64,000 nt of DNA from Myxococcota bacterium (GCA_963674735.2 CAXXQS010000001.1:1760001-1824000), one strand, 5' to 3'; positions 28,759 to 39,421 are shown, counted from the stretch's first letter. The notes: generated by a model from the letters alone, not told the origin. Numbers and translations are program-made.

Positions 28759-31410
28759 ATGGCACGTCTTAAGCTTCACGATTCCGCTTTTTACCACCAT
28801 ACTCTTTACATATGCTTGCTCTCACTCATCCTGTTCGGCATCACATTTGCCTGCTCGAATGACAACGGATCTTCCAACGATGGCGATGTACCAGATGGTG
28901 ATGATTCTGATGGTGACGAACCCGATGGGGATGAAGATGGAGATGAAGACCATAATCCGCCCGATTCCGTACTCACGAACGGGCGTTTTTCCGTAGAGGT
29001 TTTAGAGGATCTACCGGGCCTCGAAATGGATTGGGGAAATCAACGTAAGTTGCTTTTCGACGCCTCTGGCATCCAACTCGGCCGCGTCGATGCTCTGGAT
29101 GAAGAAGTCAACTACGACCCCTGGCCACTGGCCGTCGGAGAAACAACGTACTGGCCTCCCGAAGGCTTGGCCTTCTTAAACGTTGTCGCGATCGAAATCA
29201 CCGCCATCAATGCCGACACCATCGAGGCGACACTGACCTTCGAACAAGATCAGCACGCGGAACTGACACTCAAGCTCATAGGGGAAGGGAATCTGCGTGC
29301 AACCCTAATTCCGACCGCCGATGAGCATGCGATCGCTTACTTCCGCCTACGTCCGACCGTCGATACCCAAGAGGGTTTTTATGGTCTCGGCGAATATTTC
29401 GATCAGGTCAATCACCGTGGGAAAATTCGTGCCATGCAGATGGAAGCCGACCTGTCGCTTGAGGGCGGATACAACGAAGCCCATGTACCTGTCCCCTTTA
29501 TCATCGGTACGACCGGCTGGGGACTCTTCGCCGATTGCCCCTACCCCGGTACTTTCGACGTCGCCACCCAGACGGATGATCGCGTGGAAATCACCTTCGG
29601 AACCGGCCCGTTCTCTATGGCAGGATTCACCTTCTATCTGTTTGCTGCCGATCACCCGCTCGATATCACTAAACACTATTACGAGACGACCGGCTACCCG
29701 AGCCTACCCGGGCGCTTCGGGCTGGGCCCGCTGGTCTGGCGGGACGAAAACGACGATCAAGCCCAGGTTGAAAGCGATCTGGCCACCCTCCGGGAACTCG
29801 ACTTGGCCACCAGCGCCTATTGGATCGATCGTCCTTATGCCAGTGGCGTTAATGGCTTTGACTTTCACTCGGGGATGTTCAGCAATGCACAGGATATGAT
29901 CGATCTGGCCCATGCATATGGGTTCCGCATGGCACTTTGGCATAGCCCCTACGTCGCAAACGGACACGAATCGTCGGACGCCACAATCGCGTTGTACGAT
30001 GAAGCGGTGGCCAACGGGTATTTCCCCCCACAAACCGGCCTTCTGCTCAACAAATGGGGAAAACCCATCGACTTTACCAACCCCGACGCCTATGCCTGGT
30101 GGCAGAATCTGATTCATCGATATACGGATATGGGAATCGAGGGATTCAAGCTGGACTATGCCGAGGACGTCGTACCTGGGTTGTTCGGGGTGCGCAATAT
30201 CTGGGAGTTTTACGACGGTTCGGACGAGCGCAGTATGCATTCACTCTATCAACTTGGTTACCATCGCGTATATGCCGAAACAATGCCCGAAACGGGTGGT
30301 TTCATCTTAGCGCGTGGTGGAACCTATGGCGACCAGACAAACGTCAATGTCATTTGGCCCGGTGATCTCGATGCTGACTTCTCCTATCATGGCCAGATCG
30401 TTGAAAAAGATGACGACGAAACCTACGGCGCGGTGGGCGGTGTTCCAGCGGCCCTGATCGGCGGACTGACTCTCGGTCCATCCGGTTTTCCCTTCTACGG
30501 CTCCGATACCGGTGGCTACCGCCACTCCCCCCCCGACAAAGAAACATTCACGCGCTGGTTCCAGATAACGGCCTTATCCACGGTCATGCAGATCGGAACC
30601 AGTTCCAACGACGTAGCTTGGGAATATGACAGCGATAATGGTTTCGACGACGAGATGCTCGGTTGGTATCGCACCTATACGCGCCTGCACCTGCGGCTCT
30701 TCCCTTACGAATGGACCTATGCCAAAAACCTGGCGACGAACGGCCGAGCCATCCAGCGACCGCTGGGATTGGCCTACCCCGAGTTGGGAGAACATCCGAG
30801 TGATATTTTCCTGTTCGGGGATTATCTGCTCGTGGCTCCGGTGGTCGAGCGCTCGCAGACACAGAAAGACGTCCGTTTCCCGCCAGGTCGTTGGGTGGAT
30901 TGGTGGGACGGTACGCTCTATGAAGGCGACCGCACGGAAACGGTCGAAGCTCCCCTATCCAAATTGCCCTTATATTTGATGGAAGGCGGAATCGTGCCGA
31001 TGCTGCGTCCCACCATCGACACCATCTCCCCCACGACGCAGGATGCCGAGCTGGTGGACAGTTTCGACACGCACGCGGGAATCCTATACGCCCGGATCGT
31101 ACCCGGTGCAGCAAGTACGTTCACCCTGTACGACGGTACAGTCATCAGCCAAGAAAAGTCCGACACCTCCGTAGCCTTAAGCTACAGCGATGGAGAAGAA
31201 TTTTCTTTCGGCGCGCAATTTGAATTGATCGTATTCGGAGACACCGCCCCTTCCAGTGTCACGGACAACGGCGCGGCTCTCAGCCAACAGGCAAGTTTGG
31301 ACGATCTTTCCGCAGGCAATGAAGGCTGGATTTTTATCGCCGACCAACTCGGGGGACTGCTGGTCGTCAAAGTGGGAGCGGGCGAACACTCGGTGGAGGT
31401 GGTGTTTTAG
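28759..31410 (+). CDS. GH31 glycoside hydrolase, lipoprotein
   Basis: Lipobox TFAC, DGD-rich linker, FYGLGE, WID, GFKLDYAE (nucleophile), WPGD (acid/base), SDTGGY, LLVAPV. Confidence 0.88.
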   Translation: MARLKLHDSAFYHHTLYICLLSLILFGITFACSNDNGSSNDGDVPDGDDSDGDEPDGDEDGDEDHNPPDSVLTNGRFSVEVLEDLPGLEMDWGNQRKLLFDASGIQLGRVDALDEEVNYDPWPLAVGETTYWPPEGLAFLNVVAIEITAINADTIEATLTFEQDQHAELTLKLIGEGNLRATLIPTADEHAIAYFRLRPTVDTQEGFYGLGEYFDQVNHRGKIRAMQMEADLSLEGGYNEAHVPVPFIIGTTGWGLFADCPYPGTFDVATQTDDRVEITFGTGPFSMAGFTFYLFAADHPLDITKHYYETTGYPSLPGRFGLGPLVWRDENDDQAQVESDLATLRELDLATSAYWIDRPYASGVNGFDFHSGMFSNAQDMIDLAHAYGFRMALWHSPYVANGHESSDATIALYDEAVANGYFPPQTGLLLNKWGKPIDFTNPDAYAWWQNLIHRYTDMGIEGFKLDYAEDVVPGLFGVRNIWEFYDGSDERSMHSLYQLGYHRVYAETMPETGGFILARGGTYGDQTNVNVIWPGDLDADFSYHGQIVEKDDDETYGAVGGVPAALIGGLTLGPSGFPFYGSDTGGYRHSPPDKETFTRWFQITALSTVMQIGTSSNDVAWEYDSDNGFDDEMLGWYRTYTRLHLRLFPYEWTYAKNLATNGRAIQRPLGLAYPELGEHPSDIFLFGDYLLVAPVVERSQTQKDVRFPPGRWVDWWDGTLYEGDRTETVEAPLSKLPLYLMEGGIVPMLRPTIDTISPTTQDAELVDSFDTHAGILYARIVPGAASTFTLYDGTVISQEKSDTSVALSYSDGEEFSFGAQFELIVFGDTAPSSVTDNGAALSQQASLDDLSAGNEGWIFIADQLGGLLVVKVGAGEHSVEVVF

Positions 31411-31507
31411 AGGGCGGGTTAACAAACAAGTATAACGCGGTCCTCCGCGATATGTGGAACGCCATTCCCGACGATTTCCAAACATGCAAGAAAGGGGTTT
31501 CGCTCCT

Positions 31508-31861
31508 CTACTCTCCCACGAAATTCCCCCGGTCGCTGATTTCGTTGTTGCCGAGCGCCTGCTGAATCAAGTTGACGGCCGCCTCCCGGTCGGCTCGTTC
31601 CACGACCAAGCGCACCTCGGTCATGATGCTGGCACCCACGGGAAAACTGGAGCTTTCCAACTCACGCAGGTTCGTCGGAACACCTCCGTCTTCCAGGATC
31701 GCAGCCAGGTGATTCGCCTCCAAACTGCCGGGACAGGCGTAGACTTCGATGAAATCCAAATCTTCCTCCCGTTCCAAGCTTTCGACCAGCGCAGTTGCGC
31801 AGTCCGGGCACACGGAAACCCCTTCGCGATACTCAGATCCACACGTTGGACATACCGGCAT
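31508..31861 (-). CDS. Zinc-ribbon + DUF2007-like (putative signal-transducing) protein
   Basis: CPTCGSEYREG...CPDC then EA..LA..LE..GV and V..V...D...A pattern. Confidence 0.75.
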   Translation of the reverse strand: MPVCPTCGSEYREGVSVCPDCATALVESLEREEDLDFIEVYACPGSLEANHLAAILEDGGVPTNLRELESSSFPVGASIMTEVRLVVERADREAAVNLIQQALGNNEISDRGNFVGE

Positions 31862-32067
31862 AGTGGCCTCCCTTTCCAGGTTGTTCGGCTACCCTTATTC
31901 TGCCTGTTCAAATGCCGTGTGTCAATTGTTATGAACGTTTCAACCACCGAATGTCACACAAATTTTGCTTGTTTTAATCAAGGCGGTATGCTAACCAGTA
32001 AGGCTGTATAAACAGAGTACATTTACAAATGATAGGCATTGATCTCTAACATATATGGAGAATGGGA

Positions 32068-32826
32068 ATGTCCGGACACAATAAATGGAGCAGTATCAAA
32101 CATAAAAAAGCCGCCGTGGACGCCAAACGCGGCAAGGCTTTCACCAAATTCATTAAAGAAATCACCATTGCAGCCCGAACGGGCGGCGGTGACCCGAATG
32201 CCAATCCCCGTCTGCGTACCGCCGTAGCAACGGCGAAATCGGGTGGAATGCCGAATGACAATATCGATCGTGCCATCAAAAAGGGAACCGGCGAACTCGA
32301 CGGCGGCCAAATGGATGAAATCATCTATGAAGGTTATGGACCCGCCGGCATCGCGATTTTGCTTGAGTGCTATACGGACAACCGCAACCGAACCACGGCC
32401 GATATCCGCCATATCCTGAGCAAAAACAACGGGAACCTCGGTGAAAACGGCTGCGTCGCTTGGATGTTCAACCGCCGTGGTGTTATTGAAATAATCGGCG
32501 AAAATCTCTCTGAAGACGATGTCATGGAAACCGGTCTCGAACTCGAAGGTTTCGAAGATCTCGAAGTTTCAGAAAATGCCATCACTGTTTACACCGATCC
32601 GACCGCGCTTTACATCGTTCGCGAAGGACTGGCTGCCAAAGGCTTCGAAATCGAAGAAGCGAAAATCGGCTTTATCCCGCAGAACACCATCAAACTGGAA
32701 GGCAAGAAAGCCGAACAGATGCTGCGTTTGATGGACATGCTCGATGATAACGACGACATCACCGATGTGTATTCCAATTTCGAAATTGACGATGCGGAAA
32801 TGGACCGTATCGCCAACCAGCGCTAG
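32068..32826 (+). CDS. yebC: YebC/PmpR family protein
   Basis: MSGHNKWSSIKHKK, NPRLR, YEGYGP, TDNRNRT; precedes ruvC. Confidence 0.95.
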   Translation: MSGHNKWSSIKHKKAAVDAKRGKAFTKFIKEITIAARTGGGDPNANPRLRTAVATAKSGGMPNDNIDRAIKKGTGELDGGQMDEIIYEGYGPAGIAILLECYTDNRNRTTADIRHILSKNNGNLGENGCVAWMFNRRGVIEIIGENLSEDDVMETGLELEGFEDLEVSENAITVYTDPTALYIVREGLAAKGFEIEEAKIGFIPQNTIKLEGKKAEQMLRLMDMLDDNDDITDVYSNFEIDDAEMDRIANQR

Positions 32827-32838
32827 CTTGCTTGACAT

Positions 32839-33345
32839 ATGGCTGTCGGGCGCAGTGTACGGACCATCGGTATCGATCCGGGTAGCCGTCTGACAGGCTA
32901 TGGAATCGTCGAGAAGCATCAGGCAAACTTGCTTCATATTGACTGCGGCGTAATTGCCCCACCGGCAAAAGCGTCGCTTGCCGATCGGTTATGTTTCATC
33001 CAGGACGAGCTGGAAAAGATCATCGACACTTACAAGCCCTTGGCCGCCGCGGCCGAAGGTGTCTTTTTCGCACGTAATTGGCGTAGCGCTCTTAAGCTCG
33101 GACAAGCCCGTGGCGCGGCTCTAGCCGCCCTCGCTCGGCGTGGGTTGTCTGTTGAAGAATACCCGCCCGCGACGGTCAAACAAGCGGTGGTCGGTTATGG
33201 GCGCGCAGACAAGCAGCAAGTCCAGCAGATGGTCAAAATCTTGCTTGGTCTGCCCGAAATACCGGAGGAGAATTCGGCGGATGCGCTGGCTGTAGCCATC
33301 TGCCACATACACGGCCCCGGCCCCAACCTGAAGGGATGGCGATGA
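32839..33345 (+). CDS. ruvC: Holliday junction resolvase
   Basis: IGIDPG, LGQARG, VGYGRADKQQV, ADALAVAICH. Confidence 0.96.
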   Translation: MAVGRSVRTIGIDPGSRLTGYGIVEKHQANLLHIDCGVIAPPAKASLADRLCFIQDELEKIIDTYKPLAAAAEGVFFARNWRSALKLGQARGAALAALARRGLSVEEYPPATVKQAVVGYGRADKQQVQQMVKILLGLPEIPEENSADALAVAICHIHGPGPNLKGWR

Positions 33346-33941
33346 TCGCAGGTCTCCATGGAATCATTCACACCCGTACACCCGAGAGTGTCCAGTTGGA
33401 CATCCATGGCGTTCGCTACCAATGCACCGTCTCACTGACAACATTGACCGACATCGGCCAGATTGGTGAAGAAGCCGATCTTCACGTGCATACCCATGTC
33501 CGTGAAGATGCCTTAACGCTCTTCGGTTTCTCCACTCTTGAAGAGAAAAAGACCTTTCTGGCCTTGATCGGTGTATCCGGTGTCGGCCCTAAACTGGCGA
33601 TCAATATTCTTTCGGCCATCCCGGCTCACGATCTGGGGCAAGCCGTGGTCAACGGGGATGTAGCGCGACTCACTGCCATTCCCGGCATCGGGAAAAAAAG
33701 TGCCGAACGTCTTGTCCTCGATCTACGCGACAAACTGACCAAGATTCTGTCGCTCACCCCGCAAGAACCTCGCGAAAGTCGACGTTTCGCCATCGAAGAC
33801 GAACTGGTATCGGCACTTAGCAGTTTGGGCTATAAACCCAAACCGATCGAACGAGTCGTCACGAAACTGGCCTCAAAACTACCGCTGGATAGCCCTGTTG
33901 AAGAGTTGATCCGCGCCGCACTCCGGGAGCTACAATCATGA
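33342..33941 (+). CDS. ruvA: Holliday junction DNA-binding subunit
   Basis: VRED..LFGF, VSGVGPK, IPGIGKKSAERL, ALSSLGY. Confidence 0.96.
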   Translation: MIAGLHGIIHTRTPESVQLDIHGVRYQCTVSLTTLTDIGQIGEEADLHVHTHVREDALTLFGFSTLEEKKTFLALIGVSGVGPKLAINILSAIPAHDLGQAVVNGDVARLTAIPGIGKKSAERLVLDLRDKLTKILSLTPQEPRESRRFAIEDELVSALSSLGYKPKPIERVVTKLASKLPLDSPVEELIRAALRELQS

Positions 33942-34993
33942 ACGAGCGGGACACCGAAACATTGAGCCCCGGTCTTCTCTCCGATGAGCACTCCCAGGAA
34001 AATTCGATCCGGCCACAAAATTTCGACGAATACATTGGCCAGACACGCATCATCGATAATCTGAAGGTGTTTATCCAAGCCGCCAAAAAACGTCAGGACG
34101 TGCTCGATCATTGCCTGTTCTGGAGTCCGCCCGGGCTTGGAAAAACCACCCTGGCCCACATCGTCGCCAACGAATTGGGGGTGGATATCTACCCGACCAG
34201 CGGTCCCGCCATCGACCGAAAAGGAGACTTGGCGGGTATCCTCACCAATCTCAAACGTGGAGATGTTCTGTTTATCGACGAAATCCACCGGCTCAATCCG
34301 ACCATCGAAGAAAACCTGTATCCGGCCATGGAGGATTTCACCTTCGACATCATCATTGGGGAAGGTCCGCACGCCAAAAACATCAAGCTGCCCTTGCAAC
34401 CCTTCAGCCTCATCGGCGCAACCACACGCACCGGCATGCTCACATCCCCCTTGCGAGACCGCTTCGGAATTTTGTCTCAACTCGACTACTACACACCGGA
34501 TGATCTGGTGTGTATCCTCACCCGGTCGGCACGAATCCTCGACATCCGTATCGATGAGGATGCCGCTTGGGAACTGGCACGCCGCTCACGCGGAACCCCA
34601 CGTATCACAAACCGTCTGCTGCGGCGCGTGCGTGACTTCGCCGACGTTGCGGGCTCGGATGTCATCACCCTGGATTTGGCACGCTCAAGCCTGACCAAAC
34701 TCGACATTGACACTGTCGGTCTCGACATCACCGATCAACGCATCCTGCAATGCATCATCGAAACCTTCAACGGCGGCCCCGTCGGTCTCAACACCTTAAG
34801 CGCCGCGCTATCCGTCGAAAAAGACAGCCTGGAAGACGTCTACGAGCCTTACTTGATCCAGCAGGGCTTTTTACAGCGCACCCCCAAAGGTCGTATCGCC
34901 ACCGAACGAGCATTCCGACATATGGGCGTTACTTTGCCGACCAACCAACCCGATCTTTTCAACTCGCATGCGGTTCCGGATGACAACGATTAG
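33938..34993 (+). CDS. ruvB: Holliday junction branch migration helicase
   Basis: RPQNFDEYIGQ, PPGLGKTT, FIDEIHR, LYPAMED, GATTR, RGTPR, EPYL. Confidence 0.97.
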   Translation: MNERDTETLSPGLLSDEHSQENSIRPQNFDEYIGQTRIIDNLKVFIQAAKKRQDVLDHCLFWSPPGLGKTTLAHIVANELGVDIYPTSGPAIDRKGDLAGILTNLKRGDVLFIDEIHRLNPTIEENLYPAMEDFTFDIIIGEGPHAKNIKLPLQPFSLIGATTRTGMLTSPLRDRFGILSQLDYYTPDDLVCILTRSARILDIRIDEDAAWELARRSRGTPRITNRLLRRVRDFADVAGSDVITLDLARSSLTKLDIDTVGLDITDQRILQCIIETFNGGPVGLNTLSAALSVEKDSLEDVYEPYLIQQGFLQRTPKGRIATERAFRHMGVTLPTNQPDLFNSHAVPDDND

Positions 34994-35798
34994 ACAGACC
35001 CTTGCCGGTGCCATCGAGTTCACGGGTATCGGCGTACACAGCGGAATGCCCTGCCATCTCACGTTGAAACCTGCCACAAGCGGGGGTATCCGCTTTCTCT
35101 CGGGCGAAACCGTGATTCCGGCTAGTTTACACCATCTTTGTGCCGCCGATTACGGCGTCCGCCTTACGAAAAGCGGGAAACAGATTGCCGTAGTCGAGCA
35201 CCTTTTATCCGCCTTGTCCGTACTCGGAGTCACGGATATCCTGGCTGAAGTCGAGGGTCCGGAAATTCCCATTCTGGACGGCAGCGCGTTTCCTTTCGTG
35301 GAGGCTATCGATAAAGTTGGCCTGTTCTCCCTCGACAAACCGATAGAACCGATCCGTCTTGAGCGAACACTCACCCTTAGCAACGGCGACCGGACTCTCA
35401 CGGCTTCTCCGGCCGAGCGGCTCTCTCTACTCGTCACAATCGAGTTCGACCACCCCGCCATCGATAGCCAACAGTGGCAGGGTGAACCAACAGCTGATCT
35501 TTACCGCCGTGAACTCGCTCCCGCGCGCACGTTCGGCTTCGAGCGCGACGCAGCCTCACTCCACCACGCAGGACTGGCACTCGGCGCCAATCCGACCAAC
35601 ACACTCATTTTCGACAACCAAGCTCCCCGGTCGCCCTTTCGCTTGAAGGACGAACCGGTTCGCCACAAAGCGCTCGACCTCCTGGGAGATCTTGCATTGC
35701 TGGGTCGCCCGCTCCTCGCTCACGTTCATTCCCATAAAGGCGGCCACACACTCAATACGTCACTCGCGAAACTGATCCTCGACTCTCTCGCATCCTGA
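34980..35798 (+). CDS. lpxC: UDP-3-O-acyl-N-acetylglucosamine deacetylase
   Basis: GIGVHSG, VEHLLSAL, EIPILDGSA, ARTFGF, HKALDLLGDL, GH. Confidence 0.92.
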   Translation: MTTIRQTLAGAIEFTGIGVHSGMPCHLTLKPATSGGIRFLSGETVIPASLHHLCAADYGVRLTKSGKQIAVVEHLLSALSVLGVTDILAEVEGPEIPILDGSAFPFVEAIDKVGLFSLDKPIEPIRLERTLTLSNGDRTLTASPAERLSLLVTIEFDHPAIDSQQWQGEPTADLYRRELAPARTFGFERDAASLHHAGLALGANPTNTLIFDNQAPRSPFRLKDEPVRHKALDLLGDLALLGRPLLAHVHSHKGGHTLNTSLAKLILDSLAS

Positions 35799-35980
35799 TC
35801 CCGCCTTCTGCCGATCGACCTCCCCGCTCCCGGTATCGGCACATCTTGTTTCAGCCCAACCGAAAAAAGCGGAGTCTTCAACCAAGGCGGAAGCACGAAA
35901 AAGTGCCGCGAGGCATTGCATTTACGGCAATCACCCATTATGATACGGCGGTTTCGCGAACCCCCATTGGAGGATGTACT

Positions 35981-37282
35981 ATGATTGAACGTTACACCAC
36001 GCCCGAAATGGGCCGTGTTTGGGATCTTCAGAGCAAATATGAAACCTGGTTCGAAGTCGAGAAAGCCGCTTTGGAGAGTATGGCCGAAGCCGGACTCGTT
36101 CCCCAGGATGCCGTGGAAGCGATAAAAACGGCGAAAGTCACTATCGATCCGACGCGTATTGAAGAAATCGAGCAAACCACCAAACACGATATCATCGCTT
36201 TTCTGACTCATCTCGAAGAGCAGATTGGAGAACCGGCACGCTGGATTCACTACGGCATGACCAGTTCGGATGTTCTCGACACCGCTTTTGCGCTGCAACT
36301 CGGTCGTGCTTCCGACATGATTCGGGAAGACTTGCTGGCCTTGCGCACGGTGATCAAGCGGCGGGCCTTCGAGCACAAGACCACGGTCATGATCGGTCGT
36401 TCCCACGGCATTCACGCCGAACCCATCACCTTCGGCTTGGTGCTGGCCATCTGGTACGCTGAGATGTCACGCAACCTCGACCGTTTCGACCACGCACGCG
36501 AGTCGGTGCGCACTGGGATGATCTCGGGAGCCGTCGGCACTTTCGCCAATACCCCACCAGAAGTCGAAGCCTCGACCTGTCGCCGCTTGGGTCTCGAACC
36601 CGAACCGGTTTCCAATCAAGTAATCCAGCGTGACCGCCACGCGGAATATTTTTCCACTCTGGCGATCATTGCGGCAAGCATCGAAAAAATCGCCATACAA
36701 ATCCGACATCTGCAACGAACCGAGGTCCGCGAAGTTGAGGAAGCCTTCTCCAAAGGTCAGAAGGGGTCGTCGGCCATGCCGCATAAACGCAACCCCATTG
36801 GTTCGGAGAATATTACGGGGTTGGCCCGCTTGGTAAGATCGAACGCTCTGGCTGCGCTTGAAAACGTTGCGCTCTGGCACGAACGCGATATCAGCCACAG
36901 TTCTGTGGAACGTGTCATCGCTCCCGATAGCACCATCCTGATCGATTACATGCTGAAACGCTTAACACGCATGCTGGACAATCTCGTGGTTTACCCAGAA
37001 GCCATGGAGCGCAACCTCAATCAGATGCGCGGTCTGGTTTTTTCGCAGAAACTACTGCTCGATCTGGTCACCAAAGGTCTGCCGCGCCAAACCGCCTACG
37101 AGGCCGTACAACGTAACGCCATGCGTGTCTGGCAGGAACCGGGGCTGCACCTCAAAGACGCCTTGTTGGCCGATGCCGAGCTGATGGCCAAACTCAAACC
37201 GGAAGATATTGAACAGAGCTTCGACCTGGGGTATCATCTCAAGCATGTAGACACGATCTTCGACCGAGTGTTCAACAGCTAG
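35981..37282 (+). CDS. purB: Adenylosuccinate lyase
   Basis: MIERY, GRSHGIHAEP, GSSAMPHKRNP, HERDISHSS; GGAGG RBS before 35981. Confidence 0.96.
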   Translation: MIERYTTPEMGRVWDLQSKYETWFEVEKAALESMAEAGLVPQDAVEAIKTAKVTIDPTRIEEIEQTTKHDIIAFLTHLEEQIGEPARWIHYGMTSSDVLDTAFALQLGRASDMIREDLLALRTVIKRRAFEHKTTVMIGRSHGIHAEPITFGLVLAIWYAEMSRNLDRFDHARESVRTGMISGAVGTFANTPPEVEASTCRRLGLEPEPVSNQVIQRDRHAEYFSTLAIIAASIEKIAIQIRHLQRTEVREVEEAFSKGQKGSSAMPHKRNPIGSENITGLARLVRSNALAALENVALWHERDISHSSVERVIAPDSTILIDYMLKRLTRMLDNLVVYPEAMERNLNQMRGLVFSQKLLLDLVTKGLPRQTAYEAVQRNAMRVWQEPGLHLKDALLADAELMAKLKPEDIEQSFDLGYHLKHVDTIFDRVFNS

Positions 37283-37294
37283 AAAGAGTCCGCC

Positions 37295-37942
37295 ATGCCG
37301 CTAGTATCGCAGCAATGCCGCCTGTGCCTCGTCACCGACCGTCGGTTCTCATCGCGTTCGCTTGTCGATCTGGTAGCCGAAGCGGTCGAGGGCGGCGTCA
37401 CCCTGGTTCAGTTGCGTGAAAAAGACAGCGAAACTCGCGCTGTTTTTGAGCTCGGCCAGGATTTGAAGGCCCTGCTTGATCCACTGGGCATACCCTTGAT
37501 CGTTAACGACCGCCTGGACCTGGCCTTGGCCCTCGATGCCGCAGGGGTGCACTTGGGCCAGAACGATATGCCGATCAGCATCGCTCGGGCTCTCCTGGGA
37601 GGCCGTAGAATCATCGGGGCCACCGTCAATACCCTGCAGCAAGCCAAAGAAGCGGTACTGGAAGGAGCCGACTACCTGGGAGTCGGTGCCATTTATCCTA
37701 CCGCGACAAAAAGCGACCATAGCCCCGTTATCGGTCTTGATGGCTTGACGCGTCTCCGTTCGGAAGTCGCGCTTCCCATGATCGGCATCAGCGGAATCAA
37801 GGCGGAAAACGCGCGGGGAGTGCGAATGGCCGGAGCGGATGGTGTCGCCGTTGTGTCGGCGATCCTGGCTGCAGAAAACCCTCGTAGCGCGGCTGCCGAA
37901 CTTTTCAAAGCCGTAACACTTCCGGAAGATGAATCCGCATGA
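37295..37942 (+). CDS. thiE: Thiamine-phosphate synthase
   Basis: VQLREK, LIVNDR, GVHLGQND, YPTATK, GADGVAVVSAI. Confidence 0.94.
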   Translation: MPLVSQQCRLCLVTDRRFSSRSLVDLVAEAVEGGVTLVQLREKDSETRAVFELGQDLKALLDPLGIPLIVNDRLDLALALDAAGVHLGQNDMPISIARALLGGRRIIGATVNTLQQAKEAVLEGADYLGVGAIYPTATKSDHSPVIGLDGLTRLRSEVALPMIGISGIKAENARGVRMAGADGVAVVSAILAAENPRSAAAELFKAVTLPEDESA

Positions 37943-38940
37943 CCCCCCGTCGTCACAAAACCATTGCCGAATTGGGGGAATTCGGGCTGATTGCCAAACT
38001 GACCGAAGCTTTACCGGTCCATCCGGCTCTTGAATTGGGAATTGGCGACGATGCCGCCATCCTGAAGCGTCATCCGGAGCGCCTGCTGGTCACCACCGAC
38101 CTTTTAGTGGAAGACGTCCATTTTCGACGCAGTACCACCTCAGCCGCCGATCTTGGACACAAATCATTGGCGGTGAACTTGAGCGATATCGCGGCGATGG
38201 GAGGACGTCCCCTGGCTGCTTTTATTTCGTTGGCGTTGCCGAAAAGCTTGCCCGTAAGTTGGGCTACAGCTCTATATCGCGGAATGCGCAAGCTCGCCGA
38301 TGAATGCGGAGTGGCGTTGGCGGGAGGTGACACCACCGGCAGCCCGGGTCCGATCATAATCAACGTCGCACTTATCGGAATGGCCCAAGGCAAAACGATC
38401 CTCCGGCGCGATGGCGCCCATCAAGGGAATAGTCTGTGGGTCTGTGGCGATCTAGGCTATTCCGCCGCCGGCTTACATGCTCTCGAAAACGGACTTCGAG
38501 CCCCTGCCGCCTTCCGTCTCGCCCACAAGCGTCCCCAGGCGCGCCTTGCGGAGGGACTTGCCCTCGCCAAAAGTGGTCGCTGCACGTCGTGCCTGGACGT
38601 TTCGGACGGTTTGCTGGGCGATCTTCAACATATCCTTGACCGCAGCGGAATCGGCGCGGAAATCGACTTGGCAGCATTGCCGATCCCGGCAAATCTACAA
38701 CGTTTCGCCAACCGGCACAAGCTCGACCCTCTGCAACTAGTTCTCAATGGCGGTGAAGACTACGCCCTCCTATTCACCCTCACCGGCAAGCGCGCCCCTA
38801 CCCCCTGGCCGAAAACGGCCGCCCAACCGCGGCGTATCGGTTGCATAACGGAAACGAGTGGACAAGCAACAGCTTTGCTACCCGATGGTCAGCGGATCCC
38901 GCTATCCTCATCAAGTTGGAACCATTTCACAAACGATTGA
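37939..38940 (+). CDS. thiL: Thiamine-monophosphate kinase
   Basis: GEFGLI, IGDDAA, VNLSDIAAMGG, GGDT, DVSDGL, GGEDY. Confidence 0.95.
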   Translation: MTPRRHKTIAELGEFGLIAKLTEALPVHPALELGIGDDAAILKRHPERLLVTTDLLVEDVHFRRSTTSAADLGHKSLAVNLSDIAAMGGRPLAAFISLALPKSLPVSWATALYRGMRKLADECGVALAGGDTTGSPGPIIINVALIGMAQGKTILRRDGAHQGNSLWVCGDLGYSAAGLHALENGLRAPAAFRLAHKRPQARLAEGLALAKSGRCTSCLDVSDGLLGDLQHILDRSGIGAEIDLAALPIPANLQRFANRHKLDPLQLVLNGGEDYALLFTLTGKRAPTPWPKTAAQPRRIGCITETSGQATALLPDGQRIPLSSSSWNHFTND

Positions 38941-39077
38941 TTTTATGGCGATTTTTTTGGAATGGCTTTGCTTGCCCTTGCATTTCTCGTCTTGCTCGGA
39001 AATATTTTCCCAGTTGTTTTGCAAATTAATGCTTAATTATGTGAAATAGTTTCTATTATTTATGAATTTTTGGTATA

Positions 39078-39398
39078 ATGTCGGAGAAAGGAGCTACCGG
39101 TCCATTCATCATGCTGTTTTTCTATCGACTTACACGACGACTCGTGCTCGCATCGATGGTTGCCCTGTTACTCGTGCTGATTCATCGAAGCGTTGACTGT
39201 GTCATTACCTACCGAGACGTGGAAACAAACCACGACAAACTCTCTGCGCGCATGGAAGATCTTCAACTCCGCAATGCCGAGTTGGAACAAGAATGCAACC
39301 GATTGGCTACGGATTTCAGCTATTATGAGCAGCTCGCACGTGAAGAATTCGGATATGTCAAGGCCGATGAAGTGATCTATCTCGTTCCACTTCACTGA
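39078..39398 (+). CDS. ftsB: FtsB/DivIC septum formation initiator family protein
   Basis: TM helix, coiled coil, E.LAREEFGYVKADE motif; start could be 39111. Confidence 0.75.
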   Translation: MSEKGATGPFIMLFFYRLTRRLVLASMVALLLVLIHRSVDCVITYRDVETNHDKLSARMEDLQLRNAELEQECNRLATDFSYYEQLAREEFGYVKADEVIYLVPLH

Positions 39399-39421
39399 TT
39401 CGATACACAAAAATCTGCAAC

